NCBI GenBank assembly: GCA_002413705.1
Contig: DHXN01000013.1
Location: 12,709-52,615 of the forward strand
Source: Candidatus Nomurabacteria bacterium UBA5155
GTDB lineage: Bacteria; Patescibacteriota; Minisyncoccia; Phycocordibacterales; UBA9973
DNA length: 39,907 nucleotides
Direction: 5' to 3'
Part shown: positions 1 through 8,250 of the stretch, piece by piece
How the letters are laid out: every line of letters starts with the position of its first letter
How positions within the stretch are numbered: the first letter of the stretch is position 1
Translations under genes and position numbers: made by a program
Notes under the pieces: generated by a model
Databases searched by the model: none
Told to the model about the DNA's origin: nothing
Seen by the model: the letters and a program-made list of their open reading frames with translations, nothing else

Positions 1-253
1 TTTTTATATTTGTGCGGCTACAGCATCCAATAGCCCGCAATCCTATCTAAATCTCTGTATGACTACGAGCTAAATAAGACGTCAATACTTTCTTGGACAA
101 AGACTGTCTCATACTGTCATATTGATACTGAAAATATTGAATTTTTGACAAATCTGGGGATAACTGTGTGCGTAAGAGGGATAACGGACGACTTTTATTG
201 ATACCTTATTTATTGTCTCTTTATAAAACCTTTATGTTGTATATGTATAATAG

Positions 254-269
254 TGTTACATGTGGAACA
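254..269. promoter_or_regulatory. parS site (variant, TGTTACATGTGGAACA)
   Basis: Close match to the bacterial parS consensus TGTTTCACGTGAAACA, 9 bp from a perfect copy. Confidence 0.7.
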
Positions 270-278
270 GTGGTAAAG

Positions 279-294
279 TGTTTCACGTGAAACA
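279..294. promoter_or_regulatory. parS site (perfect TGTTTCACGTGAAACA) inside a 30-bp palindrome (272-301)
   Basis: Exact match to the ParB-binding parS consensus. Confidence 0.9.
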
Positions 295-302
295 CTTTAC
301 CT

Positions 303-674
303 ATGATTAGAGTATTTACTTCAAAAACCCAACAATTAGGGCAAATAGGAGAAGAAAAAGCCGTACTGTTTCTCATGAAACAGGGTTTTACTGTGATCGA
401 ACGCAATATTCACAATAAACATGGAGAAATAGATATTTTTGCTGAAAAAGAGGGGGTCGCATATTTTTTTGAAGTAAAATCAGGAAAACAGGGAAGTTGG
501 TTCAATCCGGCAGACAATCTGACAAAAGAGAAACTCTGGAAGTTTTCTAGGACAGCCGAGTATTATTCGATAGGGATTGGTTTAAAAGACTATACATTAC
601 AAGGTATAGTCGTGTTGTTATCGCAAAATGAAAATAGAGAAGCACAAGTCGACATAATAGACCTTTATTTATAA
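303..674 (+). CDS. yraN: YraN (UPF0102) family PD-(D/E)xK nuclease-like protein
   Basis: LGQIGEEKAVLFL..G..VIERN..GEIDIF..FFEVKS motif pattern, 123 aa. Confidence 0.85.
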   Translation: MIRVFTSKTQQLGQIGEEKAVLFLMKQGFTVIERNIHNKHGEIDIFAEKEGVAYFFEVKSGKQGSWFNPADNLTKEKLWKFSRTAEYYSIGIGLKDYTLQGIVVLLSQNENREAQVDIIDLYL

Positions 675-727
675 ACACAGTTCTGCTACTATACCTTAAC
701 TAGGCTCTCTACAGTCTAGAGATACAT

Positions 728-800
728 CGGGATGTGGTGTAACGGCTAACATGCCTCTTTTGGGAAGAGGTGACTCAGGGTTCGAATCCCTGCATCCCGA
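728..800 (+). tRNA. tRNA-Pro(TGG), CCA not encoded
   Basis: Acceptor CGGGATG/CATCCCG, anticodon arm CCTCT-TTTGGGA-AGAGG, T-arm CAGGG-TTCGAAT-CCCTG. Confidence 0.95.
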
Positions 801-801
801 C

Positions 802-1536
802 ATGGAAAAAATGCCCACTTTCTCTAATAACGAGGGTGAAAAAGAGCCAATTCTTATAGGTACAAATAAGGAAGAGATGCTTTCGGCTCAAGAGTTTATT
901 TTTAAATCATTTATAGAAAGTCGTTTGTATTTGTTGTTTGAAGAAGGGTTGAAAAACAATAATTATTCACCTGAAGAGATAGATGAAATTAGTGAAAGAC
1001 TCAATGATTTTTCTGTTGATGAGAAAAAGAGAATATTATCATTGACACATGAGTCAAAAAATAGAGTATTGCGAACTTTTAAGGAGAGAATGGAAAAACA
1101 GCATATTCCCGCTAAAGATTTGGTAGATACTCTTAAAAGATTGTCAGATCAATTTGGTTTTCAAGTAGCGTATCATTGCTCTAATGAAAATATTACTGCC
1201 AGCCAAAAGAAGGAATTTACCGGCCAAACAGTAGAATGGGTAGATTCATGGAAGATTAGCGGTACGGAAATGGATCACAGGTTCGATGATAAAAAAATGG
1301 CCTATTTCAGTTTTGATTATGAACATTTGTACAGAGTAAAAAATCCCCGCTATTTGTATCTTGTAAGAGTACGCGATCAAAAAGATACTGGTTTTCATAC
1401 AGATATTGGTAATAATTGGGGGACTGCTCAAGGACTTGATGTCATAGATCAAATCGATCTTAAAGAAGTTGATCAGTTCGTTGATTCTACTTTGGAGGAA
1501 TACAAAGAAAACCACATAAAAAAAGACGCAGCATAA
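802..1536 (+). CDS. Hypothetical protein (start moved to 802 or 811; the listed start 751 lies inside the tRNA)
   Basis: Long AT-rich ORF, MEKMPT-type start, no recognisable family. Confidence 0.7.
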   Translation: MEKMPTFSNNEGEKEPILIGTNKEEMLSAQEFIFKSFIESRLYLLFEEGLKNNNYSPEEIDEISERLNDFSVDEKKRILSLTHESKNRVLRTFKERMEKQHIPAKDLVDTLKRLSDQFGFQVAYHCSNENITASQKKEFTGQTVEWVDSWKISGTEMDHRFDDKKMAYFSFDYEHLYRVKNPRYLYLVRVRDQKDTGFHTDIGNNWGTAQGLDVIDQIDLKEVDQFVDSTLEEYKENHIKKDAA

Positions 1537-1553
1537 TCTGCCGCGCCTAAGCC

Positions 1554-1859
1554 TTATTGGTTAGCTATTCTATAGTTAACCCAAAGGATACAAGGTATCG
1601 TTTTCTTTTCTTGTTTCTCTAACCATCTTAGCAAGGCTGGAGATTCTGCAAGCGATTTTGATACCAATTTTTTCAGTACTATTCTTTTCGGTCTCTTTTT
1701 GAACTCTTTATTGAATAATGTGTGTTCAAAAAGTTGTTTACTGAGACTCATGTTTGCAATCGCATCTACGGTTTCTTTTGGAGGAGCGTGTATTTTTTCA
1801 TTTTCCCCAAAATTTCCTTCGTTTAGCGACCACAATACTTTGGTAACAAGATCTAACAT
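1554..1859 (-). CDS. Hypothetical protein (orphan)
   Basis: 101-aa ORF preceded on the minus strand by TTGACA-16bp-TATAAT. Confidence 0.6.
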   Translation of the reverse strand: MLDLVTKVLWSLNEGNFGENEKIHAPPKETVDAIANMSLSKQLFEHTLFNKEFKKRPKRIVLKKLVSKSLAESPALLRWLEKQEKKTIPCILWVNYRIANQ

Positions 1860-1971
1860 CGTTATGTGGTTTTGTAAGGTGCTGCTATATTATACTTAAA
1901 TTAAGACTTTTGTCAACTTTTGTTTAAATGTCATTGATAAAAGGCCATATTTCTGATAGCATAAAGATCAA

Positions 1972-2042
1972 GCGGGTATAGTTTAGTGGTAGAATGACAC
2001 ACTTCCAATGTGTAGACCAGGGTTCGATTCCCTGTACCCGCA
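1972..2042 (+). tRNA. tRNA-Gly(TCC), CCA not encoded
   Basis: Acceptor GCGGGTA/TACCCGC, anticodon arm ACACA-CTTCCAA-TGTGT, T-arm CAGGG-TTCGATT-CCCTG. Confidence 0.95.
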
Positions 2043-2086
2043 CAGCTCAGGCCGATGTCGAGGCCCTATATTTTGTAAGGGTTTTT
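2021..2086 (+). repeat. 66-bp direct repeat copy 1 (tRNA-Gly 3' end plus 44 bp downstream), attL-like
   Basis: Identical to 3221-3286 except at one base (2025 C vs 3225 A). Confidence 0.95.
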
Positions 2087-2165
2087 TGTATATTTGTATA
2101 GTCAAAAAATACCACACCCCCTCCGAGAATCGAACCATATAAAAAATACTGTTATACTTTCTTAT

Positions 2166-2705
2166 ATGGAATCACTTCACAATAATGATATTGAACTAAA
2201 AAACCTGGAAATGAAAAATGCTTCAGAGATTTTCAGACTGACAGATAAGAATAGAGCTTATTTAAAGAAGACACTTCCATGGCTCGACGGTACGACAAAG
2301 GTAGAAGATACTGAGAAATTCATCACTGATTCTTTGCAGAAACAGTCAGAAGGGAAACAGGCTATTTTTGAGATATGGTATCAAAATGTATTAGTCGGCT
2401 TAGTAGATTTTCATGAAATAAGTGAGAGTAGGAAAAGTGCATTAATTGGCTACTGGCTTGATGAAGAATATCAAGGGAAAGGAGTAATGACTGAAGCAAC
2501 AAAGCTTCTTGTTAAGTATGGATTTGATACGCTAGGTCTCAATAGAATTGAAATTAATTGTTCAACTGAAAATCCTAAAAGTGGTGTAGTCGCAAAACGT
2601 TTAGGATTTACAAAAGAAGGAGTATCAAGGCAAGCAGCTTTGTTGTATGGAAAGTTTGAAGACTTGGAAGTCTGGAGCTTATTGAGAAGTGAATTTACTT
2701 ATTAA
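2166..2705 (+). CDS. GNAT acetyltransferase, RimL/RimJ family
   Basis: IGYWLDEEYQGKGVMT, LGLNRIEI, NPKS..VAKRLGF..EG motifs; start at ATG 2166 behind TGTTATACT. Confidence 0.85.
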   Translation: MESLHNNDIELKNLEMKNASEIFRLTDKNRAYLKKTLPWLDGTTKVEDTEKFITDSLQKQSEGKQAIFEIWYQNVLVGLVDFHEISESRKSALIGYWLDEEYQGKGVMTEATKLLVKYGFDTLGLNRIEINCSTENPKSGVVAKRLGFTKEGVSRQAALLYGKFEDLEVWSLLRSEFTY

Positions 2706-2706
2706 T

Positions 2707-3165
2707 ATGAATAAATTAGTAATCAGAGATCTCAAAAAAGAGGACATTGAAGCTATAGAAAATATCTACGCCCTATACTGGCCAGACCAAAAGTTCCGAG
2801 AAAGACTTTCTTCTCGACTAAAAGATGGCAGTGTTGCCTGTTTAGTAGCCGAAAATAACGGAGAAGTTGTTGGTGTGTCGGGATTCAGAAAAGCACCCGA
2901 ACATATGATTGAATTTACTAAGACCAATAATCCTGCAGAGTTGTATATTCTTGCGGTCAAAGATCGTCAGCAGGGGATCGGAAAGGCACTAGTCGAAAAA
3001 GCGTTAAAAGATATTAAAAATTTGAACTACACTGAAGTTGTTCTCTATAGCGGAGAAACACATCAAGATTCTTGGAGCTTTTACGACCATCTTAATTTTG
3101 AAAGAGTGGCACCTTCGACTGCTCCGAACGGGGAACTGGGACAAATTTGGAGAATATTAGTTTAA
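2707..3165 (+). CDS. GNAT family N-acetyltransferase
   Basis: ELYILAV..RQQGIGKAL acetyl-CoA loop, FYDHLNF C-terminal motif. Confidence 0.8.
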   Translation: MNKLVIRDLKKEDIEAIENIYALYWPDQKFRERLSSRLKDGSVACLVAENNGEVVGVSGFRKAPEHMIEFTKTNNPAELYILAVKDRQQGIGKALVEKALKDIKNLNYTEVVLYSGETHQDSWSFYDHLNFERVAPSTAPNGELGQIWRILV

Positions 3166-3220
3166 TAGAGTTCTCAAAAACCTATATTTTTCAACCCTAC
3201 CCCTCAGGGCCGATGTCGAT

Positions 3221-3286
3221 GGTTAGATTCCCTGTACCCGCACAGCTCAGGCCGATGTCGAGGCCCTATATTTTGTAAGGGTTTTT
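3221..3286 (+). repeat. 66-bp direct repeat copy 2 (partial tRNA-Gly 3' end), attR-like
   Basis: Exactly 1200 bp from copy 1; no tRNA 5' half upstream. Confidence 0.95.
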
Positions 3287-3449
3287 ACGTATTTGACGTA
3301 GTATCTTTTCAACTTATCCCCATATTTTTATATACGAAATATAATTCCAGTTATATACTTGACATAAGATATAAGTCTATTTTTTTCTAGCATTTTTTCA
3401 GAAGTGAAAGGTAGTTCATATATTTTTAATAAATAATTTTTTATAGTAT

Positions 3450-4640
3450 ATGAATGTATTGTATCGCGTGCTTAAGGTATGTGGAGTGTCCGCAGTCGCT
3501 TTTGTATTATTTGCCTCAGTCAAGATTGCCTTTGCAACCCCTCCTACGTCTTCATACACTCCTGGACAAACTCTTGCTCCGGGATGTACGCCTGGGACGA
3601 CAAACTGTACGGTCAATCCCTATGCTGCATCGGGTGTCAACGCTGACATCACATCCCTCACTGCAATCACCACACCTCTTTCAATTGCAGAAGGTGGTAG
3701 TGGTGCAAGTACCTTGACGAGTAATGCAGTACTGCTTGGCAATGGTACCTCAGCATTGCAAGCCGTTGGGCCGGGTACGGCCTATCAAGTCTTCCGTACT
3801 CCTTCCGGTGGGGGAGCGGCAACGTTTGGCGCCATCGATCTTTCTCAGGGAGCTGCAGTAATAAATGCGCTATCACCATTGAATGGCGGCACCGGCCTCA
3901 CCTCTATCACCGCTAACTCATTGTTGTATGCATCAGGTACGAACACTATCGCGGCACTTCCTTCGAGTACTGACGGATTTGTCCTAACCCTTGTTGGCGG
4001 AGTGCCAAGCTGGCTAGCAGCGACTGGTGGTACTGCCTATACGGCAGGCAACGGGCTAACCTTAACCGGCAGTCAGTTTACTGTTAACCAAAGTCAGCTC
4101 GACCTTAGTAGTATCGGAGGCACACTTCCGGTCACTAGTGGTGGCACGGGAGTAAATAGTGCTTTCACGCAAGGATCAATTGTCTTTGCCGGGGCAAGTG
4201 GTGTTTTTTCACAGAACAATTCAAATCTCTTTTGGGACAATACCAACAATGCGCTGCAGGTAGCGGGCACGGTTGCGGCAAATCATGTCAAAGGATTAGG
4301 AAGCGCGCCGACCATCGTGGCAAGTACGGGAGCAGGAACGGGCGGGCTGACTGCACCCACTGTCACGGTCAATGGCACTGATACTGCCGGTACTATCACT
4401 TTGACGACTGGTAACGGCGTGCTTAGCTTGGGGGCAACCGTATTCACCTTGACCTTTGCTACCCCTTACAGTACCGCTCCGAATGTCATTTTCTCTCCCG
4501 CCAATGCCGTCACCGCAGCGCTGAGTGGTGCCACTGGCGTGTTCGTCAACAGTACTACTTCAACCTTCGGATTCATTTCCGGCACTGCGGCACTGACGAC
4601 ACTCACAACGTACCAGTGGACATATGAAGTAATTCAATAA
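3450..4640 (+). CDS. Secreted phage tail-fibre-like repeat protein
   Basis: Signal peptide ending AFA; SGVNADITSL..TTPLSIAEGGSG and three GG(S/T)G repeats; G/T/S/A-rich. Confidence 0.65.
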   Translation: MNVLYRVLKVCGVSAVAFVLFASVKIAFATPPTSSYTPGQTLAPGCTPGTTNCTVNPYAASGVNADITSLTAITTPLSIAEGGSGASTLTSNAVLLGNGTSALQAVGPGTAYQVFRTPSGGGAATFGAIDLSQGAAVINALSPLNGGTGLTSITANSLLYASGTNTIAALPSSTDGFVLTLVGGVPSWLAATGGTAYTAGNGLTLTGSQFTVNQSQLDLSSIGGTLPVTSGGTGVNSAFTQGSIVFAGASGVFSQNNSNLFWDNTNNALQVAGTVAANHVKGLGSAPTIVASTGAGTGGLTAPTVTVNGTDTAGTITLTTGNGVLSLGATVFTLTFATPYSTAPNVIFSPANAVTAALSGATGVFVNSTTSTFGFISGTAALTTLTTYQWTYEVIQ

Positions 4641-4642
4641 TT

Positions 4643-5815
4643 ATGAAGAAATATTCCCCCCGTCTTATCGCCGTTGTGCTGTTGGTTATAGTGAGCGTTG
4701 CACCCTTTATTACATTTGCTGCAACGATTGGTACTATCGACACGACGTACAAATACGCTTGGAGTGAAAATCTGGGTTGGATTAATTTCGGTACCCCAGA
4801 AGGAAACGTCACAGTCACCGATACTCAACTCAATGGCTATGCCTGGAACCAAAACACCGGTTGGATCAACCTAAATGTTTCCACTGCCACGCACGTTATC
4901 AATGATGGACAGGGCAATCTGTCGGGCTATGCCTGGGGAGAAGGCATTGGCTATATCAATTTTTCCGGCGTGACCATTGATTCATCAGGATACTTCCATG
5001 GCAACGCCACATCAACCCTCTCTGGCAGGATCAGTTTCAATTGTCTCAACACTAATAGTTGTGGTAACAGTAACTTCAGCACTAAGACCAATTGGCAGGC
5101 TGCTGTCCCTGTGGTATCTGCTGGTAGCGGAGGATATGTTTCAGGAGGCAGTTCCGGTGGCGGCTACGTGCCAAACACCTCGGTTCCTTCCCTCACCCCT
5201 TCTACATCCCCAACATCTTCCATTGTTTCTGTTCCATCAGTTGCTTTTTTACTGCAGCTTGGCGACAGTGATCCTGCAGTGAAAGCACTGCAGGTATTTC
5301 TCAACACCCACGGATATCCAGTCACTGCCTCTGGCAGAGGCTCTGCGGGAAAAGAAATAGACCACTTTGGTGTTTTCACCAAAGCGGCATTGAAAAAGTT
5401 TCAGCAGGCAAGCAACGATCCTGGGGTAATTTCCGAACTCGGTACGCTGGGACCAAAGACACAAGCCTATATCGCTAGTTTTTCAACTGGTATTCAAGCT
5501 GATAATGTAGTTCCGGCTGTCGTTGCCACCTGCCCGCCGTATCTCACTACCTATATAAAAAAAGGAGGCGCTAATAATGCAACTGAAGTGAAAAAGCTGC
5601 AAGCATTTCTTATGCAGTATCAGGGATTTACATCGCTTGGAGTGACCGGTATATATGATCAGCCCACATTTGCTGCTGTTCTGGCATTTCAGACAAAATA
5701 CAAAAACGACATCCTAGTGCCGTGGAAATTAAGGACAGCCACGGGGTATGTGTACAAGACGACCGAGAACAAGATAAATCAGCTGTATTGTGGGTATCAG
5801 TCAAAAAGTTCTTAA
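4643..5815 (+). CDS. Secreted protein with three YAW..(N/G).GW/YIN repeats and two PG_binding_1-like peptidoglycan-binding domains
   Basis: KYAWSENLGWINF, GYAWNQNTGWINL, GYAWGEGIGYINF; S/G/P linker; LQLGDSDPAVKALQVFL and EVKKLQAFL..TGIYDQPT..AVLAFQ. Confidence 0.75.
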   Translation: MKKYSPRLIAVVLLVIVSVAPFITFAATIGTIDTTYKYAWSENLGWINFGTPEGNVTVTDTQLNGYAWNQNTGWINLNVSTATHVINDGQGNLSGYAWGEGIGYINFSGVTIDSSGYFHGNATSTLSGRISFNCLNTNSCGNSNFSTKTNWQAAVPVVSAGSGGYVSGGSSGGGYVPNTSVPSLTPSTSPTSSIVSVPSVAFLLQLGDSDPAVKALQVFLNTHGYPVTASGRGSAGKEIDHFGVFTKAALKKFQQASNDPGVISELGTLGPKTQAYIASFSTGIQADNVVPAVVATCPPYLTTYIKKGGANNATEVKKLQAFLMQYQGFTSLGVTGIYDQPTFAAVLAFQTKYKNDILVPWKLRTATGYVYKTTENKINQLYCGYQSKSS

Positions 5816-5875
5816 AAAATATTTCCTCGAACATCGGAATTAATTGTATATTTGTCGGCGCGGCTTGGTGATAGC

Positions 5876-6931
5876 TTACTGCACTTTCCGATACCTCGTC
5901 GTTCTGCCTTGCCCGATACGCTCAATCTTTTTGAGACGAAGGAGAGTATCAATTGCTTGGGAGACGGTAGGGCGGGCGACGCCAGTTTGTTTTGCAGTGT
6001 CTCCCGGTGTTGCTTCTGATACTGTTTCAAGATACTGCCAGACCGCAAGCTGCTTCGGCGACAGCAGCTTCTCGATATTTTCCTTTGAGAGCAATTCAAT
6101 CGCCTGCTTCGATTGTGTCAGTACGATGTTCAAAAAGAATTCAAGCCACGGCGTGATATTGGGCATGTCTGTTTTCAATGTCTTTTGGCTTTTTCTGAGG
6201 GCAAGGTAGTAGTCAGCCTTGTTGTCCTCGATAAGCTTTTCATGCGATACGTAGGGCATGTAGATATAACCTGCCTGCAATAGTAGGAGATTGGTCAATA
6301 TACGCGACAATCTACCGTTGCCATCTTGGAATGGGTGAATATTGAGAAACTCGACAAGAAAGTTTGCGATGACAAGTAATGGATGGATTTTCTGCAGCGC
6401 AATCGCTTCCTGTGTCCATTCCACCAATTCCTGCATTTCCTTTGGAGTCAGCCACGCAGGTGTTGTGTCGAATAATATACCGATGGACTTTCCTGTACCG
6501 TCTATCATCTCAACCTTGTTCTCACCCTTTTTATACTCACCGCGGTGTAAGGTATCCTTCTCGACATACTTCAATAGCTCGCGATGCAAATGCTTGATGG
6601 TGCTTTCCGAAAGGGGTATTTTTGCTGATGCACTAAATACATTCTCAAGCAATTCGTAGTATCCTTGCACTTCCTGGGTATCTCTGTCAGCAAACTTCTG
6701 CATCGAAAGACCGCGCATCATGTTCTCGATGTCCTCGTCCGAAAGCTTTGATCCTTCGATACGAGTCGATGCCCCTGTTGAAGTGACGAGCACCGATCGT
6801 TTCAATCGCCCCAGTGCCTGAGGATTTAATGTCGCTCCGCCGACCCAGCGGCCCTTCAACTCATCAACCTGATTGATCAATGACCATAGGCTTTGGGGGA
6901 TATTCTGTATGCGTTTATTGTATTGGTTCAT
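5876..6931 (-). CDS. Fic family protein with C-terminal HTH
   Basis: Canonical HPFQDGNGRLSR motif, inhibitory STRIEG motif, C-terminal winged HTH. Confidence 0.9.
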   Translation of the reverse strand: MNQYNKRIQNIPQSLWSLINQVDELKGRWVGGATLNPQALGRLKRSVLVTSTGASTRIEGSKLSDEDIENMMRGLSMQKFADRDTQEVQGYYELLENVFSASAKIPLSESTIKHLHRELLKYVEKDTLHRGEYKKGENKVEMIDGTGKSIGILFDTTPAWLTPKEMQELVEWTQEAIALQKIHPLLVIANFLVEFLNIHPFQDGNGRLSRILTNLLLLQAGYIYMPYVSHEKLIEDNKADYYLALRKSQKTLKTDMPNITPWLEFFLNIVLTQSKQAIELLSKENIEKLLSPKQLAVWQYLETVSEATPGDTAKQTGVARPTVSQAIDTLLRLKKIERIGQGRTTRYRKVQ

Positions 6932-6934
6932 ATG

Positions 6935-6971
6935 AATCTAATATAGTATGTATATGAGATTATATTAGATT
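6935..6971. promoter_or_regulatory. Inverted repeat AATCTAATATA-15bp-TATATTAGATT, candidate operator of the Fic gene
   Basis: Perfect 11-bp arms immediately upstream of the start codon. Confidence 0.5.
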
Positions 6972-7062
6972 AAGGAGTGAAAGGCAAGTCTATACCAATT
7001 TAGAAAAAATACCCTTCAAAAAAGCTATATTTTATAAGCTACCCATCAGGGGTGATGCGGAC

Positions 7063-7087
7063 GGTTCGATTCCTCATACCCGCACCA
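7063..7087 (+). repeat. Divergent tRNA-Gly-like 3'-end remnant (GGTTCGATTCCTCATACCCGCACCA)
   Basis: T-loop plus TACCCGCA acceptor strand shared with tRNA-Gly; upstream 7015-7062 aligns with 3172-3220. Confidence 0.8.
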
Positions 7088-7088
7088 A

Positions 7089-7146
7089 CTCGTGCGCGTA
7101 CGAGAAGCTTAGAAATCAAGCTTTTTCTCAGATAGAAAAAATGACC
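7089..7146 (+). repeat. Imperfect direct repeat copy 1 flanking the APH gene
   Basis: CTCGTGCGCG(T/C)ACGAGAAG..CTTA.AAA..AAGCTTTT recurs at 8143-8201. Confidence 0.8.
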
Positions 7147-7184
7147 CTAGAGGGACATCGAACCGTTGCTGGTATACTAGATGA

Positions 7185-8132
7185 ATGGAAAATCCTGAAC
7201 AGCAGAATAATACGGAACATTCCTCCTCGACTCACAAGACCAGAATTGAACAAGAAGCAGTAATTTCTTTTTTAGAATCACACAATAAAGAACCAGTTTC
7301 TAACATAGAAATAGTTGCAGGAGGAGAAGGCTCTCAGGCTTTCAGTTTTGAGTCTAACAGAGAGGATCTCATACTTCGTATGAACAGGCACTCAGAAGAA
7401 GGTTTTAAGAAAGATGAATATGCCTTCAATAACTTTGAATCACAGGAGATACCAATTCCTGAAATAAACGAAATAGGGAAGACAGAAGACGACCAGTATT
7501 TTGCCATCTCTAAAAAGGTGAATGGGAAGATGTTCAAAAATCTCTCGCTCGAAGAACTCAATGAAGCGCTGCCAAGTCTTTTTTCTGTGCTTGATGCCAT
7601 TCACTCTATTGATGTCTCCGATAGTGGTGGATATGGGAAATGGAACAGTGAAGGTGTTGGCGAGAATCAAAGCTGGAAGGACATGATACTTTCCGTTGAT
7701 ATGTACGCAAAACACATGTTCGAGAATTCTATCTTGGAAAAGGAAGTGTGGGACAAGATATATGACCGACTGGTTGAGCTAACTCAGTACTGCCCAGAAG
7801 AAAAATATCTTATACACGGCGATTACACCACTGATAACATAATTGCCAAAAACGGAAAAGTTGAAGGGGTATTGGATTGGGCAGATTCAAGGTATGGGGA
7901 CTATCTTTATGACATTGCGCCGCTCAGCTTCTGGGAAAGGAATTTTGACTACGAGAAAGCGTATCTTGAATTTTGCGAATCAAAAGGAAAGAAAATTGAA
8001 CATTTTGATGAGCGCGTGCTTTGCTACAAGCTGTATGTCGGACTTGGCTCGCTAAGCTTTTTTGCATATTCAAACCAACAGGATAAGTATGAACGATCAA
8101 AAGCGAAGTTGCTTGAATTAATAAAGAATTAA
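7185..8132 (+). CDS. Aminoglycoside phosphotransferase family kinase, hygromycin phosphotransferase APH(4)-like
   Basis: GEGSQAFSF, GFKKDEY, IPIPE, CPEEKYLIHGDYTTDN, GVLDW..YGDYLYD, co-linear with Hph motifs as recalled. Confidence 0.8.
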   Translation: MENPEQQNNTEHSSSTHKTRIEQEAVISFLESHNKEPVSNIEIVAGGEGSQAFSFESNREDLILRMNRHSEEGFKKDEYAFNNFESQEIPIPEINEIGKTEDDQYFAISKKVNGKMFKNLSLEELNEALPSLFSVLDAIHSIDVSDSGGYGKWNSEGVGENQSWKDMILSVDMYAKHMFENSILEKEVWDKIYDRLVELTQYCPEEKYLIHGDYTTDNIIAKNGKVEGVLDWADSRYGDYLYDIAPLSFWERNFDYEKAYLEFCESKGKKIEHFDERVLCYKLYVGLGSLSFFAYSNQQDKYERSKAKLLELIKN

Positions 8133-8142
8133 CACGACCCTT

Positions 8143-8201
8143 CTCGTGCGCGCACGAGAAGGCTTATAAAATAAGCTTTTCTAAAAAACAAAATAGGTAC
8201 C
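8143..8201 (+). repeat. Imperfect direct repeat copy 2 flanking the APH gene
   Basis: Matches 7089-7146; contains the palindrome TTCTCGTGCGCGCACGAGAA. Confidence 0.8.
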
Positions 8202-8250
8202 ATTCAGGGGCGGAGAAACTTTAACTCAGCAGTGTGTTATTATTTTTCTT

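Noticed and set aside
13-39. Hairpin TGCGGCTA...TAGCCCGCA at the window edge
   Set aside because: Its context is cut off; it cannot be assigned as leader, terminator or RNA gene.
751-801. N-terminal extension of ORF 751..1536
   Set aside because: It lies inside tRNA-Pro; the start was moved to 802 or 811.
3221-3242. Second tRNA-Gly gene (also at 7063-7087)
   Set aside because: Only the T-arm and acceptor 3' strand are present, with no D or anticodon arm; treated as att-like remnants.
3450-4640. Prophage
   Set aside because: The tail-fibre-like gene has a signal peptide and there are no capsid, terminase, portal or integrase genes.
2021-8210. Classical integron (intI/attC) or CRISPR array
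   Set aside because: No integrase, no convincing RYYYAAC...GTTRRRY attC boundaries, and the repeats are kilobases apart rather than spacer-separated.
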